Part shown: piece after piece, positions 49,060 through 62,781 of the stretch
Layout: every line of letters starts with the position of its first letter
How positions within the stretch are numbered: the stretch's first letter is position 1
Assembly: GCA_050084985.1 (NCBI GenBank)
Contig: JBITNC010000001.1
Coordinates: 122,264,001 to 122,328,000 of the forward strand
Length of the DNA: 64,000 bases
Reading direction: 5' to 3'
Origin: Nageia nagi
Taxonomy: Eukaryota; Plantae; Pinophyta
Position numbers and translations under genes: made by a program
Notes under the pieces: generated by a model
Told to the model about the DNA's origin: nothing
Databases searched by the model: none
Seen by the model: the letters and a program-made list of their open reading frames with translations, nothing else

Positions 49060-52000
49060 GGAAGCTATGCAAATTTCACAAATTAACAAGAAAAGGTTAG
49101 TCATTTCTAAAGCAACTTTTGGTGATGAATGTGCATTTGTTCAAAAAAGAAAAAGGGAAAAACCTAGTAATTTTGAAATAAGGAATATAGAGCTTGATGA
49201 TGAGGATGATGTATTATTCAATAGAGAGAAGATATTAAGGCATGAGAGATCCTAGAGAATACTATTAATATACACTCAAGAAATTATTTATCTAGTAAAA
49301 GGAGAATGTTGATGTAAGATAACCACTATGTAATAGATGGAAATCAGACTTGGGAAAGCTCATGTGTACTAGAGTTCATTTTGCTACTAGTTTTATCGTT
49401 TGGATGATAAGGAGGTACAATCTAGTAAAGAGGACCTTCGAAGAAAATGATTAAAGGCCATTTTTTTCTCTGAATCTAGCTCAAATTAAAAAAACCTTCC
49501 ATTTATTAGACAAAGGTAAGACATTGGACCTCACTTTTTCACAAAGGATGGGTTTTGGGTATATGAGTGATATTAAACATGCAAATTTCTTCATTGATGA
49601 TGAAGTATTCTTTGGTAAAACTTCATTTACTCTTAATTACTATTCTTTTAAGTCCTAGGCCCAATATTACATTACCAACATTAGTTAACTATTAGGGAAG
49701 GGCATGTTTAAATGGGTAGATAAGGATGTCTATTATATATTGTATAGATTAGCCTTTTCCCATCCATATGTATATGAATGGGCTACCTTTTTATGTGAAT
49801 CAATGTAAAAAGGATTATCAAGCTAGGAGGGGGTTAAAATTTATTGGTTATTCCTTGTTATCCACATCATAGTCAATTAGATGGAGCAGGGCATTCTCAA
49901 AGAAATTGAATTGCCTCTTAGGCTAGTAGATGGATGCATACATAATTTCATATTAGCAATAACCATGGAGATTATAGTTGGTTCTACTAACATTTTCTAA
50001 AATTGATTTATGGTCGATTTACAAAAACTATTCCTAGTATTTCCTCACATTTCCTTAAATTTCTGCATGATAACAAAGTTGAAGAAGTGGTGCTCTTGCA
50101 AGATGTAATGTATATTAGAATGTATGGAGGAAAACTCCACCCAAAACTACTTCCAGAGGTTTTTTTTTAAATCCATACTATATAAGGAAGAAATCAGACA
50201 AATGTGTGAGAATTTGAAATCTTCAGTAAAACAAAAAGAAAGCAAAATGGGATTCACGTAATACCCTTGTGAGATAGGCCACTTGACTTTTATGAGTTCA
50301 TAGTCCTTTTTTAGCACAATTTGTAGCATGGATGCTTATTGTTTTCTAGAAGTTGCATGGAGAGGATATGACCCACATCAACATTTTACAGCCACTTGGG
50401 AAAAGTTGAAGGCATATCTGGTTGAGCATGAAGTGGATGTTTTTGAGGATGAGATCATTGATGTTCTCAATAATGGTAAGGATTTATGGGTAGTATGGGA
50501 TAAGTATAATCCTAGGGATAACATCAAATCTAGGGTGTCTCAATTGGTTACATTTATCTAAAGTTGGAGGAAGCAAGAAGTGGGATAGTGGATAAAATCT
50601 TTCCTAAAATTAAACTAGTTAATTTTAAGTGTAGGAGAAGAGCAAGGGATTATTGACAAGATTAATGAAGAACCTAATGAAATGATGATTCAATTTGATG
50701 AACTAATTTATGAGGTAGCTTATAAGATTCAAAAGCTTGCTACAAAGAAAAAGAACCCTACAATTTGTTAGGCCTTGATGGTTTAAAGAAGACATTCTTC
50801 AGGAAATTATTCCCTATTAGCTAGATCAAGTCATAATAGAGTAGTCCAAGAAGATGGACACATGTTTAACATTGGTGGAGAAAATTCAATTTCTACCCAA
50901 ACATATCAATATTGGTTAATAATTCATGCAAATGGATATGAGGAAAATTAGTAAATTTCATGTGAGAGGTTCTATTTTCCCCCTTAGTCTTCGATACCAT
51001 TTGGATTTACAAGGTGTCAAGAACATGTCAACAAGAAGTTGAAAATAGGAGAATCATCATCCATTATACCAAAAGGATTGGAGAGTTTTCATAGATACTT
51101 GGTTATAAAGATAAAATATGATGATGAGAAGCCCATAATTGAGCAAATAACTGAAGCAAAAGTAGTCATGCTTATATCTTTTGCCTCATAGGAGGGGGTA
51201 ATTATACAAAAAGTAGATGAATCAGCCTATGTTGGGCCTTCTTCTTCATCAGTTTATGTGGAAGAAATGCCAAGTGAAGAGGTAGAGCATGTATAGGAAG
51301 AGTTAGTGCAGTTGAGAGTATAAAAATTTTGAAAGGCAAGTAGCTAGAAATGCAAATAGTCTCAACCCCTTCAAAATTGCAAATCACTTAGACATGAAGT
51401 CCACAAATTACAGCATAAGAAGTCATCTATGTTAGCTCAAAATCCATAATTATTGAAGAAATGTTGAAGAGGTATGATGGCACTTTTGATAAAATGATAT
51501 ATATGGGAGTTGATTTACAAGAGATGGATGAAATGTTATGCTTCATGAACCTGTTGTGACTGAAACACAACATGGCCCAAAATCCTATGATTTTAGGGAC
51601 CTTCAATGCCTCATGTGAATACTTTGTCATGTTGTAGTCTTGTTGAACCCAGGTGATGTCAAAATACCTATGTGCAATGTTAAAGTCCCTTAGGTTTAAG
51701 TCTCATCCTTTGCCTAGGATTAGTCATACCAAGCTAAAATCTATAAATTCCTCAAAAAAAATGGCTAAGTCTAAAAAACTAAAAGTTGATCTTAGGTGAA
51801 CTAAGGGAGTCCAGAGCAAGTCAAGATAGAGTAAGGCCAAACTGGACTACTCCAAGGGTTGGCATATGATTTCAAAAGACACAATCTTATCTTTTTGAAA
51901 CATGCAATAGGGTCAGGGAGCCATCTAGACTGAAGTCAAGACTCAAAAAGGCAATCTGGGCCACTTTCAAGCCTAGCACATGCCTCCAAAACACAAAATC

Positions 52001-54560
52001 TTATCTTTTTAGAGCATGCAGGAAGGATAGGAAGCAAACTAGACTAGAATTAAGCTTGAAAAAGGCAAGGCAAGGACACTTCAAGGCTGACACATGATTT
52101 CAAAAGACAAAATCTTATTTTTTTGAACCATGCAACCAAGCTAGGAGGAGGAGTAGGATAAGTTTGAAGACCAGGAAGTGAACCCTAAGCATCCAGGAGG
52201 CTGGTGCATGCCTCAAAAGAAAAAAAATCTTATCTTTTTGAATCATGTGCCTAACCTAGAAAGGTTTCCATTTTGTTCGAAGAAGAAAAATTGGCTAAGG
52301 CATGAAGCCCAAAACCCTAAGACCAACTCTAGCACACCCAAGAGGGCTGGTGCATGATTTAAAAAGATAAATTTTTGACTTTTTAAACCATGTGCTAGGC
52401 CTAGGAAGCCTCTAAGATCAAATGAAGTTGAAAATTTTCATAAAGGCATGGAGAAAAGAACATGTAAAAATAAAAAATTGGCTATCTAGAGGTTGATGCA
52501 GATTCAAAAATCTTATCATTTTTAACCATGCAACCAAGTTGGAAGAGCAAGATAGGCTAGTGCATGCCTCAAAAAGATAAAAACATGACTTTTAAAATCA
52601 TGCATCAAGCTTGGGGAGTGCCCATGATGAGATGAAAGATGAAATTTAAAAAGCCTAAGCACCAAAAAGATAAAAAATCAGGCAAGATCAGGTCATAGGA
52701 TGAGCTTTAGGGTCAAGATGAGAAAGCAAGTGAACAAAGAAGGCCAATGTGGGAAGAGCACTCACCCCCAAGGTTGGTGCATGATCCAAAAAGATAAAAT
52801 CTTATCTTTTCTAGGAATGCACCAAGATAGAAGGAGCCTTGGAACCCCCACGTCTTGTCCTGGCCAACTTAACATGAATTTTAGTGTGCACACACATTTC
52901 AAGGTTAGTCAAATGGATGGCTAAGATGAGTTTATTTTCTTGACCTAGCTGACTAGGGTTTGCTGGAAGCTAGTTTTAGCCATAAATATAGGCCTAAGGA
53001 CCTCATTTTCTCAAATTTGAGATTCAATTATCTTTTACTTTATACTAGAATTACAGATAATTATAGATTTTTGAGTTTGAATTCTATCTCATTACATCTT
53101 AGGGCTTGCGCAAGGAGGTGGGAGATAAATCAAATAATAATGGGGAGCCTCATCCCTAGAAGACCCACACATCACTCATGGAGAATCCCATCATCCACTT
53201 GAACATCAAAACCACTTCCATTGAGATACAAAGTCTTACTATAGAAGTTGGATGTTATTTTGTTCAGAACAGACCAAAGATTTCAGAGATGCTACATGGA
53301 TTGGAGCTCATAGCTAAATTTTTTGGATGAGGACTTTGAAGAACATGTTGAGCTTTGGGTCCACATTCATCCTAGTCACAATTTGTTATTTGATTTTCAA
53401 GAAAAAACCCTTAGTTTGATAATTTTTTTATTATATTTGTTATTTAATCCCAAGCTTATGATGGATGAGGATTTGCTCCCATAAGCTTGGATGACATTTT
53501 GTAATGCCATGTGGCAAGTTTTGATTTGCCCATTTATTATTTCTCAAAATTGGAATTAGGGTTAGGGTAACATTTAGGGTTTCCAAGAAAATAATTTATA
53601 GCCCATTTGGGCTCATTTGCAAGGGATGAGACATTTTTGCAAACTTGACAACTTACCTCATACTTTCAAGCTCACAAGTTTTCTTAGTTTGTGAATGTGA
53701 TATACTCCAAGTAATTGAATTGTGAATGCTTTCATTTGAAACTATGAATGTGAATGGATGTTACTTTCTTATATTGTCTTGAATACTTGGTGCATTTTGT
53801 AAATCCGATTTAAGGTGGACAAAAAAGTGCTTGAACATTCTTAGAAGTACTTCAAACAACATATGTTTATGTAATGATTCATAGTTTGCACTTAGGACTT
53901 GTACACTTTAAGATGGCTCCCTTATGTTGCTTAGTATAGGAACTTCACTCCTTGATCAAAGTCTACCCATGATTCACCCCTTTTACCTCCATCACCTTAG
54001 CTTCAATCTCCTCTTATTAGGTCATTCGTGTTGTTGCCCAACAAGTTGGATTCGACTACATGGAACCCATGACAAACTTGAGAGTTGAGTCTTAAAACCT
54101 ATTACAATCAATGAGAACATTAAGCCTATGTGCCGAATTCATATATCATTTTCTTCTTAACCTTTTTATTTTTATTTTTATTTTTATTATTTTTGCATGG
54201 CTCTTGCAACCTATTTTTCCTTTTCTTTTGAGAAACAACTATTTGTTAGAGATAGGGACCCTTTGAGTCCTTAGTTAACAAATTACATTTGAGTTGGGAA
54301 TAACTTCAAACATCTCGACCAATCTCCTGAGTAACCTCTTCCACATCCCATCATAAGACCTTTGAGGTAACTAGTCCTTATAGTGAGTAGGGGTCACACC
54401 CTATCATCTAGGTGTTGGTGTCTTCCCACAAGTCTTGCAAGCCCATTTGCCTATCAGAAGGGTAGGAAAGAAAAAGCCCCCAATAGAACCTTTTGTTGAA
54501 TGAGAAGGCACATGGAAGAGATACTATTAACAATAGTTATCAATATATTAGTAGGAGATT
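49060..54560 (+). pseudogene. Decayed retrotransposon extra ORF (3' of pol, sense), split by a solo LTR
   Basis: WMIRRYNLVKRTF..FFSLNLAQIKKTF, YEWATFLCESM and YIRMYGGKLHPKLLPE motifs, followed by a charged low-complexity tail. Motif order matches the minus-strand ORF at 54920-58090. Confidence 0.6.
51552..54485 (+). mobile_element. Solo LTR (2934 bp) with TSD GAACC; same family as the 36110-44466 LTRs, inverted
   Basis: TGTTGTGACT...AAAGCCCCCAATA. GAACC at 51547-51551 and 54486-54490. Reverse-complement match to both LTRs at the ends and across the palindrome array. Confidence 0.92.
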
Positions 54561-54710
54561 CATGAGGATACATGAAAAAAAATATCATACTTTCTTTTTA
54601 GTTTTAGAGAGAAAATTTTTATAGTTATCAATATATTAGTAGGAGATTCATGAGGATACATAAAAAAAAAAATATCGTACTTTCTTTTTAGTTTTGGAGA
54701 GAAAATTTTT
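54533..54710. repeat. 88-90 bp tandem duplication
   Basis: atagttatcaatatattagtaggagattcatgaggatacat...gagagaaaattttt at 54533 and 54621. Confidence 0.9.
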
Positions 54711-54919
54711 ATCTTCGTGACTTCGACCTACTGAAAAACAAATTGAAAAAGTATATTGTTGAAAAATCAACTAAAGTCGAAGTAAAAGAGAAATGGGAGA
54801 AGACAAGTGTCAAGTTGATACCAAAGCCAACCAAGGAGAACTTTGTGGCATAAGTTTCAAATTTCCAACTTCTTGAATAGAATCTTCTTGCTCAGGTGGT
54901 AAAGGTGGTGAAAGACACA

Positions 54920-57900
54920 CCTTAAACATGTTTCAAAGCAATGGTGGAGGCATCTTTTTCAAATATGTAGTGATGAAAGCATCTTTTTGAAATTGAATCA
55001 ACAACCTAGCAGTTACTAATGTTTTCTTTTTTCTACAAATACCGAAGGAGAATCAAAGAGACATGGTATTTTCTAGTTTTTCAATTTGACCCTCACCTTG
55101 GTGAGATTGGCGCATTCCCCTATAATGAACTTTAGCCAATGCAAATGGTAGGTGAACTCCTAGTAATATTGTATCTGACTGACTTTCCTTGTAGACATTC
55201 TCCTTAAGTTTTGAATGGTATGCTCATGATTATGAAAATCCTGCAGTAACTAAGAAATGATCATAGTCATATTTTCTTTTTCCTTCTGTTCATCCATGAG
55301 GGTAGGCAATCAAAGTGAAAGTTCATTGACTATCCTCATTATGTTATTAATTAGGGTCTCCTTAATCAATGTTGTGCAAATGTTCAATGAGGCTTGTACC
55401 TTACATCTTCAATGGACATTTTGGTAGCTTCTATCTCCTATACCAGTTTGTTCTTACCAGCTAGATCTTTCTTTAGCTCTTTGATTGTATTTTCCCTTTC
55501 AATACCCTACTTGACCATGTCATCCACATTGTAATTGATGGCATGATTACATCTTGCCAACCCAATTGTCTTGACCTTGAATTCTTAAGTGTGGACCTAC
55601 ACATTTTATAAATCTTAAGGATGTTTCTTTTTGGAATAACATTTGTTGATGGTCACTTTATCTTTTTTCATGGACATGAAGGTATCTATCTCTTCAATCA
55701 GGGAGTCTTCTAAGGTATTTTCCATCCTCATGCTAGATTCTTCATCATCACTTTGGTAGCTCATTTGGATATCTTTGATGACTACATCAATATCAAAATC
55801 ATATTTCTTATGGGGTCCAAAACTAGATGCAATATTGGCCAGGGTGGTATTAGTGTTAGTAGGAGCAAATTCTCTAGGGATCTCCTCGATTCTTAATTGT
55901 TGGCTCTTAACTTCAACTGATTTGTCTTTGATCTTCAATGGTTTATGGCTATCATGTTCTACTTGCTTTCTCTTCTTTCTTTGGTCTTCACTCTTGCTTT
56001 TGTCTTCTTCATCTCCTTTATCTCCTCTTGTTGTGGAAGCCTTGCTCAAATTTGAGGGTTTGTTGAGGGCTATTTTAGAAACTTCCTTCTTAGGGGATGA
56101 CCTCCTTTTCCTTCTTAGAGTGGTTGACTTAGAATAAGTGGTCTACCTCATGAGTACTGATTTAGTTGGTAAAGTCTTGTTGATCTTCTCCATTTCATAT
56201 TCTATTTCAATGTTCACAATTTGAGTCTCTTCAGTATTAGATGATGAATCTTCATCATCCTCATGTTCCTTTTCAATTTCTCCTTCTTCTTCTTCTTTTT
56301 GAAATAGACTCATATGAGCTAGAATATTCAAAGGGTGTCCTAGAATCTAAAGATGAACTAGAGTGATCACGCTCTTCGGGTTGGTTTACAGTGGGAATGT
56401 TTCGAACATTGGTCTAGGCTTCTACTTCAATAGGCTCTAGGAATTCAATCTCTAAATGGTCTTCAATACCCCATTTTTGTCATGATATCGATGTCCTTAG
56501 TAATTTCTCTAACAATAGAATGGATTTTAGGTCCAGTCCTACCCAAAGTGGCATGTTCTCTTATCCTTCCTTGGTTTCTCCTTACTCTTGAAGAGGAGGT
56601 GGATTTCTTTGTTGGGGCTATGTGAGGCTCATTCAAACTTTGGATTCTTCTATAAAGTCTGACCTTTAGATACCAAGACTTGATGCTCTTCCTAAATCTA
56701 CTTTTCCTCGCTCTTATTCTTATACCTTTCCTTATCTCCTAAAGGTCTATGCTCATAGGTTACAAGGTTTCTAAAATCTTGCCTATAAAAGACTTGAATT
56801 CTTCCTTCAAGATCATAATGGGAAGTTGCTTTCTCCTCATTGAAATGGTAGTAAGATAACATAATTTTCATTCCCTTTGCCTCCTACCAAGTAGAAAAGG
56901 TATATTCCTTAATGGACATGGGGAGTTTTGTTGTAGCATTTTTCTTCTTCCATATATTTTCATATAAAAATAACAATTATCTACAAAACTCCATGATAGT
57001 CAATTAGTTACTGGCATATCGAGGCAGGAGATAAGGCCTAACTTCAGAACCATAGATCGAAATGTATGTGTGTGAGGGGTCCTCCAAAAAGTAATTTGCA
57101 TGCCCCCAGATGGCTTCTACACCAAAATCAGATATTCTTTTCACCATTTTCCTCCCTTTGATCTTATTATATATCTGGTATTCTCATCCATCATTTCTCA
57201 TGGCATAATGATTCCATCTAGACTCCACCACCATTTGGGATAAGCTCTCCATACAAGTTTTTCAAGATTGTTTAAGATTTCCATGTCCACATGGGTTGTT
57301 CTCCTATTTTTACCATGAAGGAGGAAGATAAGGTAGGAATTCATGTAAAATCTTTTTGAGGAGCCAATATGAGCCAATTGAAATAACAAGGAGTGACTTA
57401 TCACCTTGCTCCATTTTATCTTCTGCTTATTTTTGATTCCATAAATGAATCTAGTAAACTCCTTTTGAAATTTATAGTCATCCTCTTTGCTAGTGACTCT
57501 AGATAGCATGCTAATAATCCTTGAAACTGTGGGATAGAAGTTCTATCTTTTTGCATTAATCAATTTGTTCCTCGTGAATCCTTTTCTTTTAATTTTGAGC
57601 CAATCTCTGATGAGATCCCCAGCTCACTGAGATTTCTTATAATAGTCTAGAGAGTCCTTTTTAGTGTAAATGACTCCTTCATCACTCCATTTGAAAGCTA
57701 CCTCTATCCCTTGTGGAGAGAAATCAAAGATCTTCTTACCATTGATATCATAGAGGGTGCGGTATTTGAAGTTGGCATACTTGCCTACTTTGTAATATAG
57801 CTCAGGGAAAGGTGTGGCAAAGGGAATTAAGGTGGCTGTCACCAATTTAGATGTGCAAATAACCTCTTTGAGCATCTAGTTCTTGTCTAATTCAATGATG

Positions 57901-58090
57901 GACAACAACATTTGGATGGGATCTGTGTGTGACCAGTAAGTGACCCAAATATTGGAGAAGTTATTTTTGAATTTTGCCTCCTTCAATGGATCTTTGGGAT
58001 TTTCCTTGGTAAATTCAATTTGGCTACATTTAGTCAACCTAGCTAGTTGAAGCTCCTGAGTCCTTTTCAACTTGGAGTTTATCTTCAATG
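54920..58090 (-). pseudogene. Decayed retrotransposon-associated extra ORF of unknown function
   Basis: Consecutive minus ORFs 58088-57198 (FPELYYKV..RTLYDINGKKIFDFSPQGIEVAF; MLSRV..IKWSKVISHSLLFQL..FYMNSYLIF), then TYISIYGSEVRPYLLPRY (~57020-57070) and an acidic/basic low-complexity tail (55615-56331). No pol seen adjacent. Confidence 0.65.
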
Positions 58091-58639
58091 TTTCTAAATC
58101 TGTAAAGATAGATCGAGTTAGTAGAGACTGGACTAACTAACATTGGACCAACTATACGGATGTGGTAGAGTGATGCAAGAGATATACGATGTAAGAGATG
58201 TACGATGCTTGGTAGACAGACCTGTATGCCTTAACGAAGGGATGTACAAATGCAAATAGATTGGATAATAAATATTTATGAAAAAAGGTGGTCGACCTCC
58301 TCGCATGCAACATTCAAAATATACTTTGAATGATTAATACATGCACACATTCATTTAGCCACCTTGTGGGACCCAACTTGATGTGAAGATATGCATGGAT
58401 GCTTAAGGGACTTGGTCACACCGAATTTAAATGTTAAATTTCTATCTTGGGTAAATGATGTGATAAATGAGGAAGGAAGACTTTATGGGATGTGAAAAAA
58501 TGGAAGGATGTCATACAACACAAGTGACTAATTAACTAGCTAAAAATAAACATAAGATTTCTTTAATGCATGCATGGGTGATAAAATACTTGACTTGGAC
58601 AACCTAAACTAGAACGTACAAATTTAATGGGCACATTAT

Positions 58640-59660
58640 TTTTAAAAGATGGATCCCTATCTTCTTGAAACCATATGACCATATGAATTTACAATGATGA
58701 ATGCAAGGTGAAATTTATGCAAAACTAATTAACAAGTGTCCTCATGCTACTGGACAAAATGATGGTTAATGAATATGGACTATTTAATTTGATGCAAAAG
58801 GAAGGGTGCTTGCATGCTTTAAGAAAGATGGGAATGTAACTTAGGAAAATCATGCAACAAGCCTTAAGAGGACAAATAATTTGCAAGAATTGACTAAGTG
58901 CCCTTTCTTTTATAACTACAACGTTTTGGTGGAACAAGGATAGACCTTCAACAAGTATCCAACTTCATGCAAGGAATGTGGTTGCATGATGCAAATGTAT
59001 CTTCTCAAACTATGCGAATAGGGATAGAGGAGCCAACGTTCCACACTTAATAAAAAATGAAACCAAAAAGGTGGTCGTATGCCCCTAAAAAGATGCAAAT
59101 ACAACATTCTCAAATCATGCAAACAAATGAATTATGCCCAAAAGTGGATGACTTGTCAAAAGAGTGCTTGAACGGAGTGGTCGCACCTTTTATAAAAGAT
59201 GCAAATGTAACATTTTTAAACCATACAAACAACCTTTAAAGTGCCTTAGGCTAAACACTTAGGTGAATTTTGGAGGCCAAAATACAAGAAATGGGGGTGG
59301 TTTTCCCTTTTCAAAAAGATGGAATTATAACTTTCTCAAACCATGCGACCACCTTGAGGCACCACGTTGAACTAGCTAAGGAAAAATGAGAGTCCTCCCC
59401 CCCTTTATACCAATTTTCCATGGTAGGTGTTCATTGCTAAATGGCCAAAATGGAGGTCCAATGAGGTAAATGCCAATATGAGGGTGGTCGCACCTTTTCT
59501 AAGAGATAGAAATGCAACTTTCTTGAACCCTACAAACACTTTTGGAAGAGGGGTTTGAGGATACTTAGCCAATTTATAGGCTCCAACATTGAATTGAGAG
59601 GGTGGTCGCACCTTTTACAAATGATGGAAATGTAACTTTTCTGAACCATGTGACCACCTT
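58640..59660. repeat. Array of ~55-58 bp modules with inverted ends (GGTGGTCGCA...TGCGACCACC)
   Basis: Copies near 58977, 59070, 59176, 59295, 59482 and 59601, plus a partial near 58645, separated by non-identical spacers. Confidence 0.8.
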
Positions 59661-61454
59661 GAAGGGATAAAAATTGGATGTAACTTAGCCATTTTACCTT
59701 CTTTCCTTTCAATTCTTATAGACCTTTTGGGGATTGCATGTGTCAATGAAGGGGGTGGCCACTTTAGGGAGGATGGTGTGGATTATGGTCAAAGCTTCTA
59801 AGACAAATAGAAATGTATCTTCCCTTAGCCATGCAAACACCATTTTTAGTGTGAAGATCTGATGATTTTGCTTGATTTTCAAAACATGATCGAACTCCCT
59901 CGGATGCCTGCATTTCCTCGTTCTTGGTTCCATGAGTGAGTACTTAAAAAGTATTTCATCTTTTGTAAGCAAGTATTTTGAGTGAATTTTAAACTTGGAC
60001 TTTGGGCTCTTCTTGATTAGCTTGTTTCTTCATCATGCTCCAACTTTGGTCCTTCTTAGGATGAGGGTCCCCAAATTTTGAAAAAAATAAAGGGGGGTGT
60101 TGTTTCGTTAATAGGTACCACTCCCCATCCTTCAGATGCTTGAAGTTGCAATTAGGGCTTGAACCCCCATCTCGATGGTCATTGAGTAGGTGTGTTGTGT
60201 GCACTTCCTTGCTTTTCATCTTGCCCATGAAATTAATGTTATTCATGACATGGTTTGTTATTTTCATGATGCATAGGGTGAGCAAAAATGTTTTTAGGCC
60301 ACCCCTTTATATTTTTTATTTTGACTAGTGATAAATACATGCAAGCAAGGAACACATTCACTATGTTCTTGCTTCATTAGTATGAGGTATCATTCTAATT
60401 AATTCTATTTTACTCAGCAATACTATATTATAAGCGTATTTGGATAAAAGAAATTCAATTTGACTTGTACCCTTTATTGATATGTATTTTGTCTTTTTCC
60501 TTTTCAATATCCATGATGAAAGAAGGGTGGCATAAGATTTTCTCCATACAAGAAGTGTAAATAGATATTGGTTCTTATTTTGTTGGGGAGTAAAAGCTCA
60601 TTAATGTCTTGGTTTAGCCACCATAAATTGTAATCTGATTAAAGCAAATGAAGTATTGAGATATTATACCAACATGTATGCATCAATTTATCAACTTACG
60701 ATGGGATTTGTGTTAATGATAATTACAATCTACAACAAATATATGAATACTTGAACTGAATCCTTGTATGTAAATATAATAAGCATATTCATATTTCATT
60801 TTCCTTGCACCTTTAAAAGATCAATTTTGATCAATAGGTTGGAGGCTTGTCATAAATGTATTGGAGTAACATATTAAAACCATATATAGTTAATATTATC
60901 CTTTCTCATCTTCTATCATTTATTATATTATAAAGGTTGAATTTAGACACCTTGTGCGCATGATAGGCCCCCTTGAGTAAAACCCAATCCATTGTAGGAT
61001 AGTTTGACTAGTAATTACTAGTCGTCTTAGATTTAATAGAATTCAAAATATATGTATCAACCACAACATTATGATAGGCCTCTATTACAATAAAGATATC
61101 ACAATTCTTCTTAAGGTAGCCTATGTGAACACTACTAGTAGACTCGATTCTAAGTAGTGCAATTCTTACTATGAGTATAAGTAGTGAAGAAACATTCTAA
61201 CTCTCTTGCACTTAAATAAATTATGACAAAGTATAATAAAAATTAAAATGAAAAAAGAAAAACTATAAGATCATAGACTTGACCCAAAATATTGAAATAT
61301 ACATATAAAAATATTGACACACTAAATAGCTACAACACTTCTTGATTAAATTTCTTTTGTTTTAAGCCATCTTAAACTATGCAAAATCATCATCTCAATT
61401 TACAATTTGTTAACTTGCTTTAATCTCTCTAGCTCTCCAATGGATCTCTAATCA

Positions 61455-61912
61455 ATATTCTCTCTATAGAACATGGGAATCATATCCATCTCAATATCTC
61501 ATAATAGATAGCTCTCTTAATCCATACTCACAATGCATCTCTCAATCACCCACCTATTGTTTATTGAAGTTCAATTTCTCTAATGTTTACAAAACATTCT
61601 ATCTACTATGTACTTTCTTTCATAAATTTGGCATCCAAAGCATTGCACACTAAACAGATTCAACACAAAATATTGAAATATACAAAAAGCTACAACATTC
61701 TCTCTATACAACATAGGAATCATATTCATCTCAATTCTATCACAATCACTCATCGAAAACATGTCAATCCATGTTCACCATATCTCTCTCAAACATATAC
61801 CTCATGTGTCTATTGCAGTTCAATAGTTCTCACTCAATAATACTCCATCATTTACAAAGCTTCTTCTCTACTATGCACTTTCTCTAATAAAAAGTTGGCC
61901 TCCAAGGCATTA
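61455..61912. repeat. Diverged tandem duplication (~240-bp period)
   Basis: ttctctctata.aacat.ggaatcatat.catctcaat at ~61458 and ~61698; tctactatg.actttct..ttggc.tccaa.gcatt closes both copies. Confidence 0.75.
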
Positions 61913-62781
61913 TAATAATCAAATACAAATGTTTTATCCAAAAACATTACAAACACTATTTAAATTAGATACACACTTCCAAAAGGATGTGTCTAACACC
62001 AATTATGCTTTGTTTAAGATTCCCCTTTTAATTTTTTAATTTTACTATGTTTGGTCCTTTTTTGAGCAACTACAATTCCAATTACATATGTAACAATTCT
62101 ACCCTGATAACTAAATCTAACTATCTAAGTGGTGGTTTCTTAATTTTAGTGAATACTCCTTTTTGAGGGATTCCCAATACTTATTTATGAATTCCTTCTA
62201 CAAATACAACATGGCTATTGATTATAGCACCACCAACCAACATGACCTTTTTGGCCACAATTGCCATGACAAAAATAACACTCTCATCCAACTTCTTAGA
62301 CCTTAAGGCCTTCATGCCTTATGTTTTGGATAGCTAAACATCTTGAGGCCTTACACCCCAAACTATAACTTAATTTGATCTCCATAAGTAGGAATTCGAA
62401 AAGATCTTGAAAAGCAGGATGCATCAAATATAAGATATTGCTACTTATATAGATAGAAATGTTAGTCACCAACAATATACAACCACTTATGTAGTTACAA
62501 GTGCCACCTTCTCATAGAAGTATCTAATTGAGGAAAGAGGGTATCATTTTTTATATGTATATATGATTAATTTTAGTGCCTTAAATGTCAACTTATTATA
62601 ACAAAGAATACATATGGAGAGGATACTTTGCATAGAGATATTAAGCTGCAATAGAAACATGAGATAGGTGATTGAAAGAGAGAGTGATAGTATGCATCAT
62701 TTGCTATGGCCACAACAATTGGGATGGTGAGCTGGGTATAACTCTATGTTCTATTGATAAAGGATTTATTGAAGGTCAACC

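Noticed and set aside
55775-56137. Hydrophobic 120-aa plus-strand ORF resembling a membrane protein
   Set aside because: It is the antisense shadow of the K/E-rich minus-strand extra ORF.
60088-60110. PPT followed by TGTTG as the start of a 3' LTR
   Set aside because: No matching LTR end, partner LTR or TSD could be found; left uncalled.
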